Positions 1 to 15,970 of a DNA stretch of 64,000 nucleotides are shown piece after piece. A program made the translations under genes and the position numbers. The notes under the pieces are model-generated. The model did no database searches. It had not been told where the DNA came from and saw only the letters and a list, made by a program, of their open reading frames with translations. The DNA lies in assembly GCA_902547215.1 (NCBI GenBank), contig CACCNI010000002.1, forward strand, positions 25,216 to 89,215. Reading direction: 5' to 3'. Each line of letters starts with the position of its first letter. Position 1 is the stretch's first letter. The DNA comes from an uncultured Pelagibacteraceae bacterium. Its GTDB lineage: Bacteria > Pseudomonadota > Alphaproteobacteria > Pelagibacterales > Pelagibacteraceae.

Positions 1-8
1 AACAATGA

Positions 9-988
<980 letters not shown>

Positions 989-989
<1 letters not shown>

Positions 990-2149
990 TGAATATTCAC
1001 GAACACCAGGCTAAACAGTTATTAAAAAAATTTGGCGCCATTGTTCCTAATGGAGAAGCTTGTTTTACTGTACAGGAAGTTTTAGAAAATGCAAAAAAAC
1101 TCAATCTTAAAAAATATGTTCTAAAAGCACAAATACATGCAGGCGGGAGAGGTAAGGCAGGCGGAGTTAAAATATTAGATAATTTATCTGATCTAGAAAA
1201 AGCTGCAAAGGATTTGTTAGGAAAAAAATTAATTACACATCAGACAGGACCAATTGGTAAAGAAGTTAAAAGACTTTATCTAGAGGAGCCATCCAACATA
1301 AAAAAAGAATTCTATTTATCCTGTCTTATTGATAGGGCAAGTTCTAAAATTGCTTTTATTTCTAGCGATCAGGGTGGGATGGACATCGAAGAAGTTGCAA
1401 AAAGTGATCCTAATAAAATTAATACTGTAAAAATTAGTTTTAAGGAAGATATTGAAGATGAGGATTGTAAAAAAATTATTCATAATTTCAATCTAGATGA
1501 TGATGCCAATCTTAAATGTATCAAGATTATTAAATCAATTTACAAAACATTTGTCTCTACCGATGCAAGCTTAATTGAAATCAATCCACTAATACTTACA
1601 AAGGAAAACAATATTGTTTGTCTGGATGCAAAAATAAGCTTTGATGATAATGCAATTTTCAAACATCCAGAATTACTGGAATTAAGAGATTTGAATGAAG
1701 AGGATCCTACAGAAATAGAGGCAAGTAAACACGATTTAGCTTACATAAAATTAGATGGATCCATTGGATGTATGGTAAACGGAGCGGGATTAGCTATGGC
1801 AACAATGGATATAATAAAACTGCATGGTCAAGAACCTGCAAATTTTTTAGATGTAGGAGGCGGTGCATCTAAAGAAAAAGTTGCAGCTGCGTTTAAGATA
1901 ATTTTATCAGATAAAAATGTAAAAGGAATACTGATAAATATTTTTGGAGGGATTATGAGGTGTGATGTCCTTGCCCAGGGAATTGTAGAGGCTGCAAAAG
2001 AATCCAAAATAAATATACCTCTTGTAGTAAGACTTGCTGGAACCAATGCTAAAGAAGGAAAAAAAATATTAGATGAATCTGGATTAAAAATAATCTCTGC
2101 TAGCGATCTAGGGGATGCAGCAAAAAAAATTGTAAAACAAGTGGAATAA
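989..2149 (+). CDS. sucC: Succinyl-CoA synthetase beta subunit
   Basis: MNIHEHQAK start, [36 protein letters not shown]. Confidence 0.98.
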
Positions 2150-2150
2150 A

Positions 2151-3026
2151 ATGTCAGTTTTAATAAATAAAAATACTAAACTTATATGCCAAGGCTTCAC
2201 AGGCGCCCATGGAACATTTCATTCTGAACAGTCAATAAAATATGGGACGAATCTAGTCGGAGGCGTAACTCCAGGTAAAGGAGGACAAACACACTTAAAT
2301 AAACCTGTTTTTAATTCTGTAAAAGAAGCAAAAGACAAGACTAATGCAAATGCAACAATGATTTATGTCCCTGCAAAATTTGCTGCTGCAGCAATAATCG
2401 AGGCAATTGAGGCTAAGATCGAATTGATAGTTTGTATAACTGAAGGGATTCCAATCTTGGATATGTTAAAAGTAAAAGAAAAATTATCAAACTCAGCTTC
2501 CAGACTAATTGGACCAAATTGTCCAGGAATTATCACTCCAGACGAATGTAAAATTGGTATCATGCCAGGAAATATTCATAAGAAGGGATCCGTTGGTATA
2601 GTCTCAAGATCAGGAACTCTAACTTATGAGGCTGTCGCACAAACAACTGAAAACGGATTAGGTCAGTCAACATGTATTGGAATAGGAGGAGATCCAATTA
2701 ACGGAACTAATTTTATAGATTGTTTAGACTTGTTTTTAAACGATCCAGAGACTGAGTCTATTTTGATGATTGGTGAAATTGGGGGAACTGCAGAGGAAGA
2801 AGCAGCAGAATTTATCAAAAATCATAAAATCAAAAAGCCTATGGTAGGATTTATTGCTGGTATAACAGCACCTCCTGGACGAAGAATGGGACATGCGGGA
2901 GCAATAATTTCTGGTGGCAAAGGAGGAGCTTCAGATAAAATTGATACAATGACAGATGCAGGTATTACCATTGCAAAATCCCCTGCAGAAATGGGAATTA
3001 CATTAAAAAATAAATTGGGTCTTTAA
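2151..3026 (+). CDS. sucD: Succinyl-CoA synthetase alpha subunit
   Basis: [22 protein letters not shown] phospho-His motif. Confidence 0.98.
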   Translation: MSVLINKNTKLICQGFTGAHGTFHSEQSIKYGTNLVGGVTPGKGGQTHLNKPVFNSVKEAKDKTNANATMIYVPAKFAAAAIIEAIEAKIELIVCITEGIPILDMLKVKEKLSNSASRLIGPNCPGIITPDECKIGIMPGNIHKKGSVGIVSRSGTLTYEAVAQTTENGLGQSTCIGIGGDPINGTNFIDCLDLFLNDPETESILMIGEIGGTAEEEAAEFIKNHKIKKPMVGFIAGITAPPGRRMGHAGAIISGGKGGASDKIDTMTDAGITIAKSPAEMGITLKNKLGL

Positions 3027-3057
3027 TATTTTAATGTTAATATTATAATAATCGTAA

Positions 3058-5916
3058 ATGAGCTCCTCAAAAAACTTAGAATTTAAGCAACAGTCTTTTC
3101 TTAATAAATCTAACAGCCAGTTTATAGAGGAAATGTATGTAAGATTTATAGAGAATGACCCAAAATTACCAGATAGTTGGAAAAAATACTTTAGTGATTT
3201 AAATGAAGATTTAAATTCAGTTTCAAAAGAAATATCGGGCCCTTCATGGAGTCCAAAAAAGATATCGATAGATCCAAAAAAAAATAAAAGACTTGAGGAA
3301 AATCTAAATGGTTCTGAAAGGGAGAAAATAGATTCTATTAAAGCAATCGCATTGATAAGGGCATATAGAATTAGAGGCCACCTTATAGCAAACCTTGATC
3401 CTCTTGGTTTAATGAAAAGAGAATATCTTTATGAATTACATCCAAATGACTATGGTTTCAAAACTGAGGACTTTGACAGAAAAATCTATCTTAATTCATA
3501 TATGGATGTGGGTTATGCCTCAATAAATGAAATCATCACAAAATTAAGAAAAGTGTATTGCTCATCAATAGGTGCTGAATATATGCATATAACAAATCCA
3601 ACGGAGAAAGTTTGGTTTAGAGAAAGAATGGAAAAAGAGGAGAACCAAATTAATTTTACTGAAAAAGGAAAAGACGCAATATTAAATAAGATTATTCAAG
3701 CTGAAGGTTTTGAAAAATTTTTAGCAAAAAAATATGTTGGCACGAAAAGATTTGGTCTTGATGGTGCAGAGTCTTTAATTCCAGCACTAGAACAAATTAT
3801 TAAGCGTGGAGGCCAGCTGGGAGTAAAAGAAATCAAAATTGGAATGTCACATAGAGGTAGATTAAATGTTTTAGCAAATGTTCTTCAAAAGTCTTATAAA
3901 AGAATTTTCAACGAATTTGCTGGTGAATTTGCTTCTTCAAGCGAGGACTCTACAGGTGATGTAAAATATCATTTAGGTGCTTCATCAGATAGAACTTTTG
4001 ATGGAAACTCTGTACATGTTAGTCTTACAGACAACCCTTCTCATTTAGAAGCAGTTAACCCTGTAGTTCTTGGTCAAACTAGAGCAAAACAATATTTTCA
4101 TAAAGACACAGAAAGAAAAAAAGTAATACCTTTACTTATTCACGGGGATGCAGCATTTGCAGGGCAAGGAGTTGTAGCTGAATGTTTTGCGATGTCAGGT
4201 TTAAAAGGTCACAACACAGGTGGAACAATTCATATAATTGTAAATAACCAAATTGGTTTTACCACTAGTCCAAGGTTTGCTAGATCAAGCCCGTACCCAT
4301 CTGATTTAGGAAAAATTGTAGAGGCTCCCATTCTTCATTGCAATGGAGATGATCCAGAAGCAGTTGTTCATTGTGCTAAAATCGCAATTGAGTTTAGACA
4401 AAAATTTAACAAAGATGTTGTAATTGACATGATTTGCTACAGAAGATTCGGTCATAATGAAGGAGATGAACCATCTTTTACTCAGCCTTTAATGTACAAA
4501 AAAATAAGATCACATCCATCTACTTTAAATATATATGGGAAAAAACTTATTAAAAATAACAGTATAACTGAAGATCAATTCAAAAATAAAGTAAACGACT
4601 TTAAAAAACTTTTGGATGATCAATTTAAAACTGCAAATGATTACAAACCAAAACTGAATTGGTTTGAAGGGACCTGGTCAAGATATCAACCAAAGAAAGG
4701 TAAGGATAAAAGAGGACAGACAGGAGTTGATACGACGAAATTAAAAAAACTCTCTGCAAAAATAAACTTTTTAAAACCAGAGCTTAATATTCATAAAACT
4801 ATACAAAAAGTTTTTGAAAATAGAGATAAGTGTGTACAAGATGAAAAAAATATTGATTGGGCTAATGCAGAAACGCTAGCATTTGCAACATTACTCGAAG
4901 AGGGATTTCCTGTGAGATTAGTCGGCCAAGATAGTGGTCGTGGTACATTTAGTCAAAGACACTCAGTTTTACGAAATCAAATAGATAACTCAAGATACGT
5001 GCCGTTAGATCATGTATCTACAAAACAGAAAAAATTTGAAATTGTAGATAGTTTTTTATCTGAACTAGCAGTACTAGGATTTGAGTATGGATACAGCCTT
5101 GTAGAGCCAGAAACCTTAACGGTCTGGGAGGCGCAATTTGGAGATTTTGCAAATGGAGCTCAAGTCGTAATTGATCAATTCATTGCCTCTGGAGAGAGAA
5201 AATGGTTTAGAGCCTCTGGATTAGTTCTATTGCTTCCCCATGGTTATGAGGGACAAGGGCCTGAACATTCTTCAGCAAGACTTGAAAGATTTTTGCAACT
5301 TTGTGCTCAAGAAAATATGCAAGTTCTTAATTGTACTACTCCAGCAAATTATTTTCATGCTCTTAGAAGACAGATTCACAGAGAATTCAGAAAGCCACTT
5401 GTTATAATGACTCCAAAATCTTTATTGAGAAACAAATACTGTGTTTCAAATATAGAGGACTTTGATAAAAATAATTCATTTCATAGAGTTTTAGAGGATC
5501 AAGCCTTAAATAAAAAGAACAAATTAATTGAATTAAAAAAACCAAAAAAGATAAGAAAAGTTATTCTTTGCTCTGGAAAAATATATTTTGATCTTTTAGC
5601 TGCGAGAGAAAGGGAGAAAATTGACGATGTTGTTTTTGTAAGAATAGAACAACTTTATCCATTCCCAGTAAGGTCTTTGACGAAAGCTATTAAACCATAT
5701 GCTGAATACGCTAAATTTATTTGGTGCCAAGAAGAACCTAAAAATATGGGTGCTTGGTTTTCAGTAAGAGATTATATTCAATGGACTTTAGATAATTTAG
5801 AGGTTAAAAAGAAATTAAAGTTTATTGGCAGAAATCCTTCAGCTTCACCAGCTACTGGATATGCGAAAAGACATGCAAAACAACAAAAAGAAATTATAGA
5901 CAAGATTTTAGAATAA
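3058..5916 (+). CDS. sucA: 2-oxoglutarate dehydrogenase E1
   Basis: [22 protein letters not shown] motif, [22 protein letters not shown]. Confidence 0.98.
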   Translation: MSSSKNLEFKQQSFLNKSNSQFIEEMYVRFIENDPKLPDSWKKYFSDLNEDLNSVSKEISGPSWSPKKISIDPKKNKRLEENLNGSEREKIDSIKAIALIRAYRIRGHLIANLDPLGLMKREYLYELHPNDYGFKTEDFDRKIYLNSYMDVGYASINEIITKLRKVYCSSIGAEYMHITNPTEKVWFRERMEKEENQINFTEKGKDAILNKIIQAEGFEKFLAKKYVGTKRFGLDGAESLIPALEQIIKRGGQLGVKEIKIGMSHRGRLNVLANVLQKSYKRIFNEFAGEFASSSEDSTGDVKYHLGASSDRTFDGNSVHVSLTDNPSHLEAVNPVVLGQTRAKQYFHKDTERKKVIPLLIHGDAAFAGQGVVAECFAMSGLKGHNTGGTIHIIVNNQIGFTTSPRFARSSPYPSDLGKIVEAPILHCNGDDPEAVVHCAKIAIEFRQKFNKDVVIDMICYRRFGHNEGDEPSFTQPLMYKKIRSHPSTLNIYGKKLIKNNSITEDQFKNKVNDFKKLLDDQFKTANDYKPKLNWFEGTWSRYQPKKGKDKRGQTGVDTTKLKKLSAKINFLKPELNIHKTIQKVFENRDKCVQDEKNIDWANAETLAFATLLEEGFPVRLVGQDSGRGTFSQRHSVLRNQIDNSRYVPLDHVSTKQKKFEIVDSFLSELAVLGFEYGYSLVEPETLTVWEAQFGDFANGAQVVIDQFIASGERKWFRASGLVLLLPHGYEGQGPEHSSARLERFLQLCAQENMQVLNCTTPANYFHALRRQIHREFRKPLVIMTPKSLLRNKYCVSNIEDFDKNNSFHRVLEDQALNKKNKLIELKKPKKIRKVILCSGKIYFDLLAAREREKIDDVVFVRIEQLYPFPVRSLTKAIKPYAEYAKFIWCQEEPKNMGAWFSVRDYIQWTLDNLEVKKKLKFIGRNPSASPATGYAKRHAKQQKEIIDKILE

Positions 5917-7241
5917 TGTCAGACAAAATTGTAGTTCCAGTTTTAGGAGAAAGTATAACAGAAGCAACTGTAGCTAAATGGTTAAAAAATAAAGGAGATA
6001 GTGTCGAAGCTGATGAACCTGTTGTTGAACTTGAAACTGATAAAGTAAATTTAGAGGTTCCATCCCCTTCAGATGGAGTATTAAGCGAAATAAATGCTCA
6101 AAATGGCTCGACAGTTGAGGTAGGAGCCGTTCTCGGATCAATAATCGGAGGAAGCTCAAAAAAAGATGAAACTGAGAACGAACCTAAAGAAGAGAAAAAA
6201 GCAGTACACAACGAAGATAATATTATTAGTTTAAAAAAAGAAGTCGAAACAAATGAGGTTGAAACAAAACTGTTCGATAAGGAAGAAAAAATTTCAGAAC
6301 CTAATGAAAATACAAGTAAGGAAGAACCATTAATCCTCACAGAAGAAGTATCCTCTAAAAAAGAGAAATCTAAAAAAACAAAAGATGTATCTGTTTCTCC
6401 TGCTGTGAGAAAGATTGCTGCAGATAATAAAATTGACTTAAAAAAAATTCAAGGAACTGGCAGAGGTGGAAGAGTTTCAAAAGGTGATCTACTAAGTTTA
6501 ATGAACATTAAACCTGGACCTTCTGAGCGGAAAATAAAGTTTGGCCAAGAAGAAAAAATAAAGATGACAAGGCTAAGGCTAACAATTGCTAAAAGACTTA
6601 AACAAGCCCAAGATAATGCTGCAATGCTTACAACTTTTAATGAAGTCGATATGAGCGGTATAATTGACATGAGAAAAGAAAATCAAAGTGATTTTCAAGA
6701 TAGGTTTGGCATAAAACTAGGTTTTATGTCCTTTTTTGTTAAAGCTTGCATTGAAAGTCTAAAACTTTTTCCAGCAATTAATGCTGAAATTGAGGGAGAG
6801 AACATAATTTATAAGAACTACTATAATATAAGTTTTGCAGTAGGCACCGAAAAAGGTCTTGTGGTTCCAGTTTTAAAAAATGCAGATGAAATGTCTTTCG
6901 CAGACATAGAAAAGAAAATTAAAGAATTGTCTGATAAAGCAAGAGATGGAAAGATTACAATTGACGATCTTCAAGGCGGGACATTTACTATCAGCAACGG
7001 TGGTGTCTATGGGTCAATGTTATCAACACCTATTTTAAATTTACCTCAATCCGGAGTTTTAGGAATGCATAATATTGTAGAAAGGCCGCATGTGGTAAAT
7101 GGTGAAATTAAAATAAGACCAATAATGTATATAGCTTTATCATATGATCATAGAATAATTGATGGGAAAGAAGCGGTTTCTTTTTTAAAAAATACAAAAG
7201 ATAACTTAGAAGATCCAAGAAGATTATTTTTAAATTTATAG
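5916..7241 (+). CDS. sucB: Dihydrolipoamide succinyltransferase E2
   Basis: Lipoyl domain ETDKV, E3-binding domain SPAVRK...GTGRGGR, catalytic DHRIIDG. Confidence 0.97.
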   Translation: MSDKIVVPVLGESITEATVAKWLKNKGDSVEADEPVVELETDKVNLEVPSPSDGVLSEINAQNGSTVEVGAVLGSIIGGSSKKDETENEPKEEKKAVHNEDNIISLKKEVETNEVETKLFDKEEKISEPNENTSKEEPLILTEEVSSKKEKSKKTKDVSVSPAVRKIAADNKIDLKKIQGTGRGGRVSKGDLLSLMNIKPGPSERKIKFGQEEKIKMTRLRLTIAKRLKQAQDNAAMLTTFNEVDMSGIIDMRKENQSDFQDRFGIKLGFMSFFVKACIESLKLFPAINAEIEGENIIYKNYYNISFAVGTEKGLVVPVLKNADEMSFADIEKKIKELSDKARDGKITIDDLQGGTFTISNGGVYGSMLSTPILNLPQSGVLGMHNIVERPHVVNGEIKIRPIMYIALSYDHRIIDGKEAVSFLKNTKDNLEDPRRLFLNL

Positions 7242-7244
7242 TTT

Positions 7245-8645
7245 ATGACAGAAAAATTTGATTCAGTAGTGATCGGTGGCGGACCTGGTGGATATGTTTG
7301 CGCTATAAGGTTAGCTCAACTAGGTCAAAAAACCGCCTGTATAGAAGCTAGAGGTGCTCTAGGTGGAACTTGTTTAAACATTGGATGTATTCCTTCAAAA
7401 AGCTTATTAAATTTGTCTGAGAATTTTAAAAAGGCTAAAAATTTTTCTAAACTTGGAATTGAAACAGGAGACGTAAAACTTAATTTAGACAAGATGATGA
7501 AAAATAAAGAAAAAGCAGTTTCAATTTTGACCAAGGGTGTTGAATTTTTATTTAAAAAAAACAAGGTAACTTACTTAAAAGGTTTCGGCAGTTTCGTTTC
7601 TGACAAAAAAATATCAGTAAAAGGCGAAGATGGTAAAAAAAAAGAGATTGAGGCAAAAAACATTATTATTGCGACTGGATCTGAGGCAATGCCCATGCCC
7701 AACGTAGAATTTGATGAAAAAACAATCGTCTCTTCGACAGGTGCCCTATCTTTAAAAGAAGTTCCAAAAAGTCTAGTTGTCGTTGGTGGGGGTTATATAG
7801 GTTTAGAAATGGGTTCTGTCTGGTCTCGTTTAGGGGCTGAAGTAAATGTAATCGAATTTTTAGATCATATAACACCTGGGATGGATAGAGAGATTTCAGA
7901 AGAGTTTATGAAAATATTGAAGAAGCAAAATATAAAGTTCCACTTAAATAGAAAAGTAACTAGCATTAAAAAAACTAACAATGGGGTACAAATTTCAACG
8001 TCAGATAAGAATGGAGACAGCAAAGAATTTAATTGTGACGTAGCCCTAATATCAATTGGAAGAAAACCGTTTACATCTAACTTAAATTTGAGTTCTGCAG
8101 GAGTAAAATCAGATGAAAAAGGAAGGATTAAGATTGATAAGAAATTTCAAACTTCAGCAAAAAATATTTACGCTATTGGAGATGTAATTGATGGGCCAAT
8201 GTTAGCTCACAAAGCTGAAGAGGAAGGGATCGCAGTCGCAGAAATAATTGCAGGCCAATCTGGTCATGTAAACTACGATTTAATTCCAGGGGTAATTTAC
8301 ACTACTCCTGAGGTTGCAAGCATAGGTTTAACGGAAGAGCAACTAAAAGAGAAAAATAAGTCTTATAAAATTGGAAAGTTTCCTTTTATGGCCAACTCAA
8401 GAGCTAAAGCAATTGATGAGCCTGAAGGATTCGTAAAAATCTTAGCCGATAAAGATACTGATAAAGTTTTAGGAGTACATATGATAGGGCCTCATGTAGG
8501 AGAAATGATCGCAGAAATGGCAGTTGCAATGGAATTTGGAGCAAGCTCTGAGGATATCGCACGAACTTGCCATGCTCATCCAACATTTTCTGAGGCAATA
8601 AAAGAGGCAGCTTTATCTGTTGAAAAAAGACAAATACATTCTTAA
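7245..8645 (+). CDS. lpdA: Dihydrolipoamide dehydrogenase
   Basis: GGGPGG, CLNIGCIPSK redox disulfide, HAHPTFSE. Confidence 0.97.
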   Translation: MTEKFDSVVIGGGPGGYVCAIRLAQLGQKTACIEARGALGGTCLNIGCIPSKSLLNLSENFKKAKNFSKLGIETGDVKLNLDKMMKNKEKAVSILTKGVEFLFKKNKVTYLKGFGSFVSDKKISVKGEDGKKKEIEAKNIIIATGSEAMPMPNVEFDEKTIVSSTGALSLKEVPKSLVVVGGGYIGLEMGSVWSRLGAEVNVIEFLDHITPGMDREISEEFMKILKKQNIKFHLNRKVTSIKKTNNGVQISTSDKNGDSKEFNCDVALISIGRKPFTSNLNLSSAGVKSDEKGRIKIDKKFQTSAKNIYAIGDVIDGPMLAHKAEEEGIAVAEIIAGQSGHVNYDLIPGVIYTTPEVASIGLTEEQLKEKNKSYKIGKFPFMANSRAKAIDEPEGFVKILADKDTDKVLGVHMIGPHVGEMIAEMAVAMEFGASSEDIARTCHAHPTFSEAIKEAALSVEKRQIHS

Positions 8646-8663
8646 AATTTTTTTCATTACAAA

Positions 8664-10619
8664 ATGAAAGTACCAGTACTATTACCGAACATTTTTGATC
8701 ACCCATTTACATACACCTCAAAAGAAAAACTTAAAATTGGCGATTATGTAGAAGTACCTTTTGGTAAAAAAAAAATGATAGGTATTATCTGGGATAATTT
8801 TGAGGAAGGACCTAAAAAAAAATTTAAGATAAAAGATATTATAAAAAAATTTACAAAAGATCCTTTAGAAAGTAAAACAATAAAATTTTTAAATTGGTTT
8901 TCTGATTATAATATTGTCCCCAAAGGTATGGCGTTAAAACTTCATCTAGTAAATAATTCTATAGAAGAAGATTATAAAACAGACACTTACGATCAGTTTA
9001 ATGAAAAATACCCAATTAAAGATTACAGGCTTAACACCCAGCAAAAAAAAAGTTTATATGAAATAGAAAAGGGGGATAAAAATTTTAGAGTTCATGTATT
9101 ACAAGGAACAACAGGTTCAGGAAAAACAATAGTTTACTTTAATGCAATAAAAAAAAAATTAAATGAAGGTTATCAATCTTTAATATTACTTCCTGAAATT
9201 GGCCTTACAAAAGAATTTGAAAAAAATTTCATTTCTTTTTTTGGTTTTAAGCCAGCTGTTTGGCATTCATCAATTACAAAAAAAAATAAAAAAATAATTT
9301 GGAGTGGTTTGAAATCAGGAAAAATAAAAGTAGTCATTGGTGCAAGGTCGGCTTTATTTTTACCTTTTAAAAAATTAGGTCTTATTACTATAGATGAAGA
9401 ACACGACCAATCTTACAAACAAGATGAAGGTGTAAACTATCATGCTAGAGATATGGCAATATCCAGAGCATCATTTGAAAATATACCTATCAACTTGATA
9501 TCTGCTGTTCCATCTATTGAAACTTATAAAAATATTAAAGGAAAAAAGTTTCATTCATCAAGGTTAACTGAGCGATTTAGAGATGCAAAGTTGCCAGATT
9601 ATGAAATTATAAAAATTAAAAAAAGTGAAAAAAAAGGAACATTTATTTCAGAGGAATTGATTGAAAAAGTAAAAGATAATTTATCTAGGAAAAATCAGGT
9701 TTTATTTTTTGTAAATAGAAGAGGTTACTCGCCATTTGTATTATGTAAAAACTGTTTGAAAACTTTTGACTGTCCTTTTTGCTCAATCAATCTAGTTTAT
9801 CATAAGATAAGAAATAAAGTTTTGTGTCATTATTGCGGTTATTCCGCAGAGATGAAGCGAGACTGCTCTTCAAAAGACCTCCAATGTGATTTTAACTTTA
9901 GTGGTCCAGGTGTTGAAAAAATACTCGAGGAAATAAAAAAGATTTTTCCTGACAAAAAAACTTTAATTTTCTCAAGTGACACCATGAATAAAAAAGACTC
10001 ATCTTCTAAAATCCAAGAGATAATAGATAATAAGATTAATATTTTAATTGGTACTCAACTGATTTCAAAAGGTTTTCATTTTCCTAATCTGAACTGTATT
10101 ATTGTATTGGATATTGACTATTCCTCTCGAGGTTACGATTTAAGAAGTGCTGAAAAAACTGTACAGCTTTACCACCAACTATCAGGTAGAGCCGGTCGAG
10201 AAGGAAAGCCTTCAAAAGTTTATTTTCAAACAATGAATTTAAACTCAGATTACATATCACAAATCGTAAATCCTGATCCTTATATTTTTTTGGATAAAGA
10301 ATTAATTCTGAGGGAAAAGAATTTATTGCCTCCCTTTGAGAGATTTATATCAATAATAGTCAGTGCTCAAAATAGCAAAAAATCCGACCAGGCATCATTT
10401 GAATTGTCAGAATTTTTAAAAAAAAACCTTAAAGTCAAGATTCTTGGACCAGTAAATGCTCCGATCTATAAAGTAAGAGGAAATTACAGGAATAGGATTT
10501 TATTAAGATCTGCAAAGAATATTTCAGCTCAGAAAAACTTAAAAATGGCTCTTAAAAGATTTAATATCCCAAAAGGAATAAAACTTTCAGTTGATGTTGA
10601 TCCAATAAATTTCAATTAA
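8664..10619 (+). CDS. priA: Primosomal protein N' (compact)
   Basis: GTTGSGKT, DEEHD, Cys-rich zinc region, QLSGRAGR, C-terminal VDVDP. Confidence 0.95.
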   Translation: MKVPVLLPNIFDHPFTYTSKEKLKIGDYVEVPFGKKKMIGIIWDNFEEGPKKKFKIKDIIKKFTKDPLESKTIKFLNWFSDYNIVPKGMALKLHLVNNSIEEDYKTDTYDQFNEKYPIKDYRLNTQQKKSLYEIEKGDKNFRVHVLQGTTGSGKTIVYFNAIKKKLNEGYQSLILLPEIGLTKEFEKNFISFFGFKPAVWHSSITKKNKKIIWSGLKSGKIKVVIGARSALFLPFKKLGLITIDEEHDQSYKQDEGVNYHARDMAISRASFENIPINLISAVPSIETYKNIKGKKFHSSRLTERFRDAKLPDYEIIKIKKSEKKGTFISEELIEKVKDNLSRKNQVLFFVNRRGYSPFVLCKNCLKTFDCPFCSINLVYHKIRNKVLCHYCGYSAEMKRDCSSKDLQCDFNFSGPGVEKILEEIKKIFPDKKTLIFSSDTMNKKDSSSKIQEIIDNKINILIGTQLISKGFHFPNLNCIIVLDIDYSSRGYDLRSAEKTVQLYHQLSGRAGREGKPSKVYFQTMNLNSDYISQIVNPDPYIFLDKELILREKNLLPPFERFISIIVSAQNSKKSDQASFELSEFLKKNLKVKILGPVNAPIYKVRGNYRNRILLRSAKNISAQKNLKMALKRFNIPKGIKLSVDVDPINFN

Positions 10620-10718
10620 CTGTTATTTTTGTGGCTTTTTTTAAAGCTCATACTTGATCGTTACTTGCCTATATGTTAATTAATCTGAAAATTTATCAGC
10701 AAATACAAAGGATCTAAC

Positions 10719-11267
10719 TTGTCTAACTCCCAAACTAAAGCAACAAACAGTTATTCCCAGTCTTTGTTTGAGCTTGCAAAAGAGAATAGTGTGTTAGATG
10801 AAATCGAAGCTCAGGCAAAGTCCTTATACAGCGTAATTAAAGACTCTCAGGATTTCTCAACTTTTATAAAAGACCCTACATTCAAACAAGATAAGCAGCT
10901 TGAGATTTTTAGTGCAATTTTTGAAAAAGTAAAATTGAACAGCTTATTTATTAAGTTCATAAAATTTCTTATTCATAAAAGAAGAATATTTTTTTTAAAT
11001 AATATCTTAAACGATTTTATCACCTATTGTTCAATTCAAAGAGGAGAAGTTAGAGCTGAGCTTGTATCTTCAAAAAAATTAGATAACTCTGAGATAGAAA
11101 AAATTAAAGAGGAAATGACCAAAGACTTTAATTCAAAAATTAACTTAAGTTATAAGGTTGATGAGTCATTGCTTGCTGGAGTAAAAATAAAAATTGGAAG
11201 TATTATGATTGATAACTCTTTAAAGAATAAATTAATGAAAATGAAAAACTCAATGAAGGGAGTATAA
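10719..11267 (+). CDS. atpH: ATP synthase F1 delta subunit (TTG start)
   Basis: [10 protein letters not shown]-terminus, VDESLLAG...IDNSL C-terminus; precedes atpA. Confidence 0.93.
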   Translation: MSNSQTKATNSYSQSLFELAKENSVLDEIEAQAKSLYSVIKDSQDFSTFIKDPTFKQDKQLEIFSAIFEKVKLNSLFIKFIKFLIHKRRIFFLNNILNDFITYCSIQRGEVRAELVSSKKLDNSEIEKIKEEMTKDFNSKINLSYKVDESLLAGVKIKIGSIMIDNSLKNKLMKMKNSMKGV

Positions 11268-12802
11268 TGGATATTAACCCATCAGAAGTAACAAAAATAT
11301 TAAAAGAACAAATCAAAAAATTTGGAGATAAATCTGAAGTTACAGAAATTGGTCAAGTTTTATCTGTAGGAGACGGAATAGCAAGAATTTACGGACTCGA
11401 CAATGTTCAAGCTGGTGAGATGGTAGAATTTGCTGATGGTTCTAAAGGTATGGCGTTGAATTTAGAAAGTGATAACGTTGGAGTAGTTATTTTTGGTGAT
11501 GATAGAGCAGTTAAAGAAGGTGATACAGTCAAAAGAACTGGAGCGATTGTCGATACACCAGTTGGTAAAGAATTACTTGGAAGAGTTGTTGATGGATTAG
11601 GAAACCCAATAGACGGCAAAGGAGCTTTAGACAAAAGTATTAAACGAAGTAGAGTCGAGGTGAAAGCACCAGGAATTATTCCAAGAAAATCTGTCAGCGA
11701 ACCAATGCAAACAGGTTTAAAATCAATTGATAGTTTGGTTCCAATAGGTAGAGGTCAAAGGGAATTAATTATTGGAGATCGCCAAACAGGAAAAACTGCT
11801 GTTGCTATTGATGCGATAATTAATCAAAAAAAGATAAACGAGTCAGGTGATGAAAAACAAAAACTTTATTGTATTTATGTTGCAATAGGTCAAAAACGAT
11901 CGACTGTTAGACAGATAGAGAAAACTTTAGAAGAGGCTGGAGCTATGGAATATACAACAATTGTTGCGGCAACAGCTTCAGATGCAGCTCCATTACAATT
12001 TTTAGCTCCATACACTGGATGTGCTATGGGTGAATATTTTAGAGACAATGGAATGCATGCTTTAATTATTTATGACGATCTTTCAAAACAAGCAGTAGCC
12101 TACAGACAAATGTCACTTCTTTTAAGACGTCCTCCAGGAAGAGAGGCATATCCAGGAGATGTTTTTTATTTACATAGTCGATTACTTGAAAGAGCAGCAA
12201 AATTAGGTGACGAACATGGCGGAGGATCATTAACTGCGTTGCCAATCATCGAAACTCAAGCAGGAGACGTATCAGCTTACATACCTACTAACGTAATCTC
12301 AATTACTGATGGACAAATATTTTTAGAGACAGAACTATTCAATCAAGGAATAAGACCTGCAATTAATGTTGGCTTATCAGTTTCAAGGGTAGGATCTTCT
12401 GCTCAAACAAAAGCTATGAAAAAAGTTTCTGGATCTATGAAACTTGAACTTGCTCAATATAGAGAGATGGCAGCTTTTGCACAGTTTGGATCTGACTTAG
12501 ATGCGTCAACTCAAAAACTTTTAAACAGAGGAGCAAAATTAACTGAATTATTAAAACAAAAACAATATTCTCCAATGACAGTAGCTGAACAAGTTATTTC
12601 TGTCTTTTGTGGTGTAAAAGGTCACTTAGACGATATTCAACAAAAAGATATATCAAAATTTGAGAAAGATATAATTGAGAAATGTAAATCTGAACAACCA
12701 GATTTGATAAATTCAATAATTTCATCAGGAAAACTTGAAGAAGATAATGAGAAAAAATTAACGAGTATTATTTTGGATTTAAAGAAAAATTTCGATAAAT
12801 AA
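11267..12802 (+). CDS. atpA: ATP synthase F1 alpha subunit
   Basis: [31 protein letters not shown]. Confidence 0.99.
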   Translation: MDINPSEVTKILKEQIKKFGDKSEVTEIGQVLSVGDGIARIYGLDNVQAGEMVEFADGSKGMALNLESDNVGVVIFGDDRAVKEGDTVKRTGAIVDTPVGKELLGRVVDGLGNPIDGKGALDKSIKRSRVEVKAPGIIPRKSVSEPMQTGLKSIDSLVPIGRGQRELIIGDRQTGKTAVAIDAIINQKKINESGDEKQKLYCIYVAIGQKRSTVRQIEKTLEEAGAMEYTTIVAATASDAAPLQFLAPYTGCAMGEYFRDNGMHALIIYDDLSKQAVAYRQMSLLLRRPPGREAYPGDVFYLHSRLLERAAKLGDEHGGGSLTALPIIETQAGDVSAYIPTNVISITDGQIFLETELFNQGIRPAINVGLSVSRVGSSAQTKAMKKVSGSMKLELAQYREMAAFAQFGSDLDASTQKLLNRGAKLTELLKQKQYSPMTVAEQVISVFCGVKGHLDDIQQKDISKFEKDIIEKCKSEQPDLINSIISSGKLEEDNEKKLTSIILDLKKNFDK

Positions 12803-12804
12803 TT

Positions 12805-15099
<2,295 letters not shown>

Positions 15100-15100
<1 letters not shown>

Positions 15101-15492
15101 TGTCAGATTCGTTTAACTTGGAAATTGTTAATCCAGAAAAATTATTCCTTTCTTTAGATAATGTATCTGAAGTGGTGGTACCTGCATTTGAAGGTGATAT
15201 GGGTATTTTGAAAGATCACATATCTATAATTTCATTTTTAAAACCTGGAATAGTCAAGGTTTTTACAGGCAATGAAGTAAAAGAATTATATGTTGAAGAT
15301 GGAATTATAGAATTTAGTGAAAATTCTTTATCAATTCTTACCAGCAGAATTATCGACATAAAAGAAATTAAAAAAGACGATTTAAGCTCAATGATTAATG
15401 AGGCCAATGAAGCTTTAAAAGATGAAAATTTAGATGACCAAAAAAGATTTTTAGCAAATCAAAAAATTGATGTTTTGAATAGACTCAATTAA
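15100..15492 (+). CDS. atpC: ATP synthase F1 epsilon subunit
   Basis: LEIVNPE, GDMGILKDH; follows atpD. Confidence 0.93.
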
Positions 15493-15493
15493 A

Positions 15494-15970
15494 TTATTTT
15501 AAAATATCCAACACTTTTTTTTTGACTTCATTGTAAACGTCTAATTTGAAATCAACCACATTTTTCGTTATATCTTCAAGGCTTATCCATTTCCACTCCA
15601 AGAACTCAGGCTTTTTGGTTTTTATATTTATTTCGTTATCACTACCTAGAAATCTCATACAAAACCACTTTTGTATTTGACCTTTGTATTTTCCTTTCCA
15701 TATAATTCCTAAAAGATTTTGAGGAAGCAGATAAGTTTGAAAACCGTCCAACTCTTTAATCAATTTAACATTTGTTATACTTGTTTCTTCTTCTAACTCT
15801 CTTGTAGCTGCATCAAGATAGTCCTCATTTTCATCAATTCCACCTTGAGGCATTTGCCAATAATTGTTTGGATTATCTATTCTTTTTGCTACAAAGACTT
15901 CGTTGTTTTGATTAAGTAAAACAATGCCCACTCCTTTTCTAAGTGGCAACTTTTTAAACTTTTCGAGCAT
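15494..15970 (-). CDS. rppH: RNA pyrophosphohydrolase (Nudix)
   Basis: WQMPQGGID...RELEEET Nudix box, GQIQKWF. Confidence 0.92.
   Translation of the reverse strand: MLEKFKKLPLRKGVGIVLLNQNNEVFVAKRIDNPNNYWQMPQGGIDENEDYLDAATRELEEETSITNVKLIKELDGFQTYLLPQNLLGIIWKGKYKGQIQKWFCMRFLGSDNEINIKTKKPEFLEWKWISLEDITKNVVDFKLDVYNEVKKKVLDILK

Noticed and set aside
8664-10619. Long poly-A runs in priA and other genes as phase-variation tracts
   Set aside because: They are in-frame Lys codon runs typical of this A-rich genome and fall in housekeeping genes.
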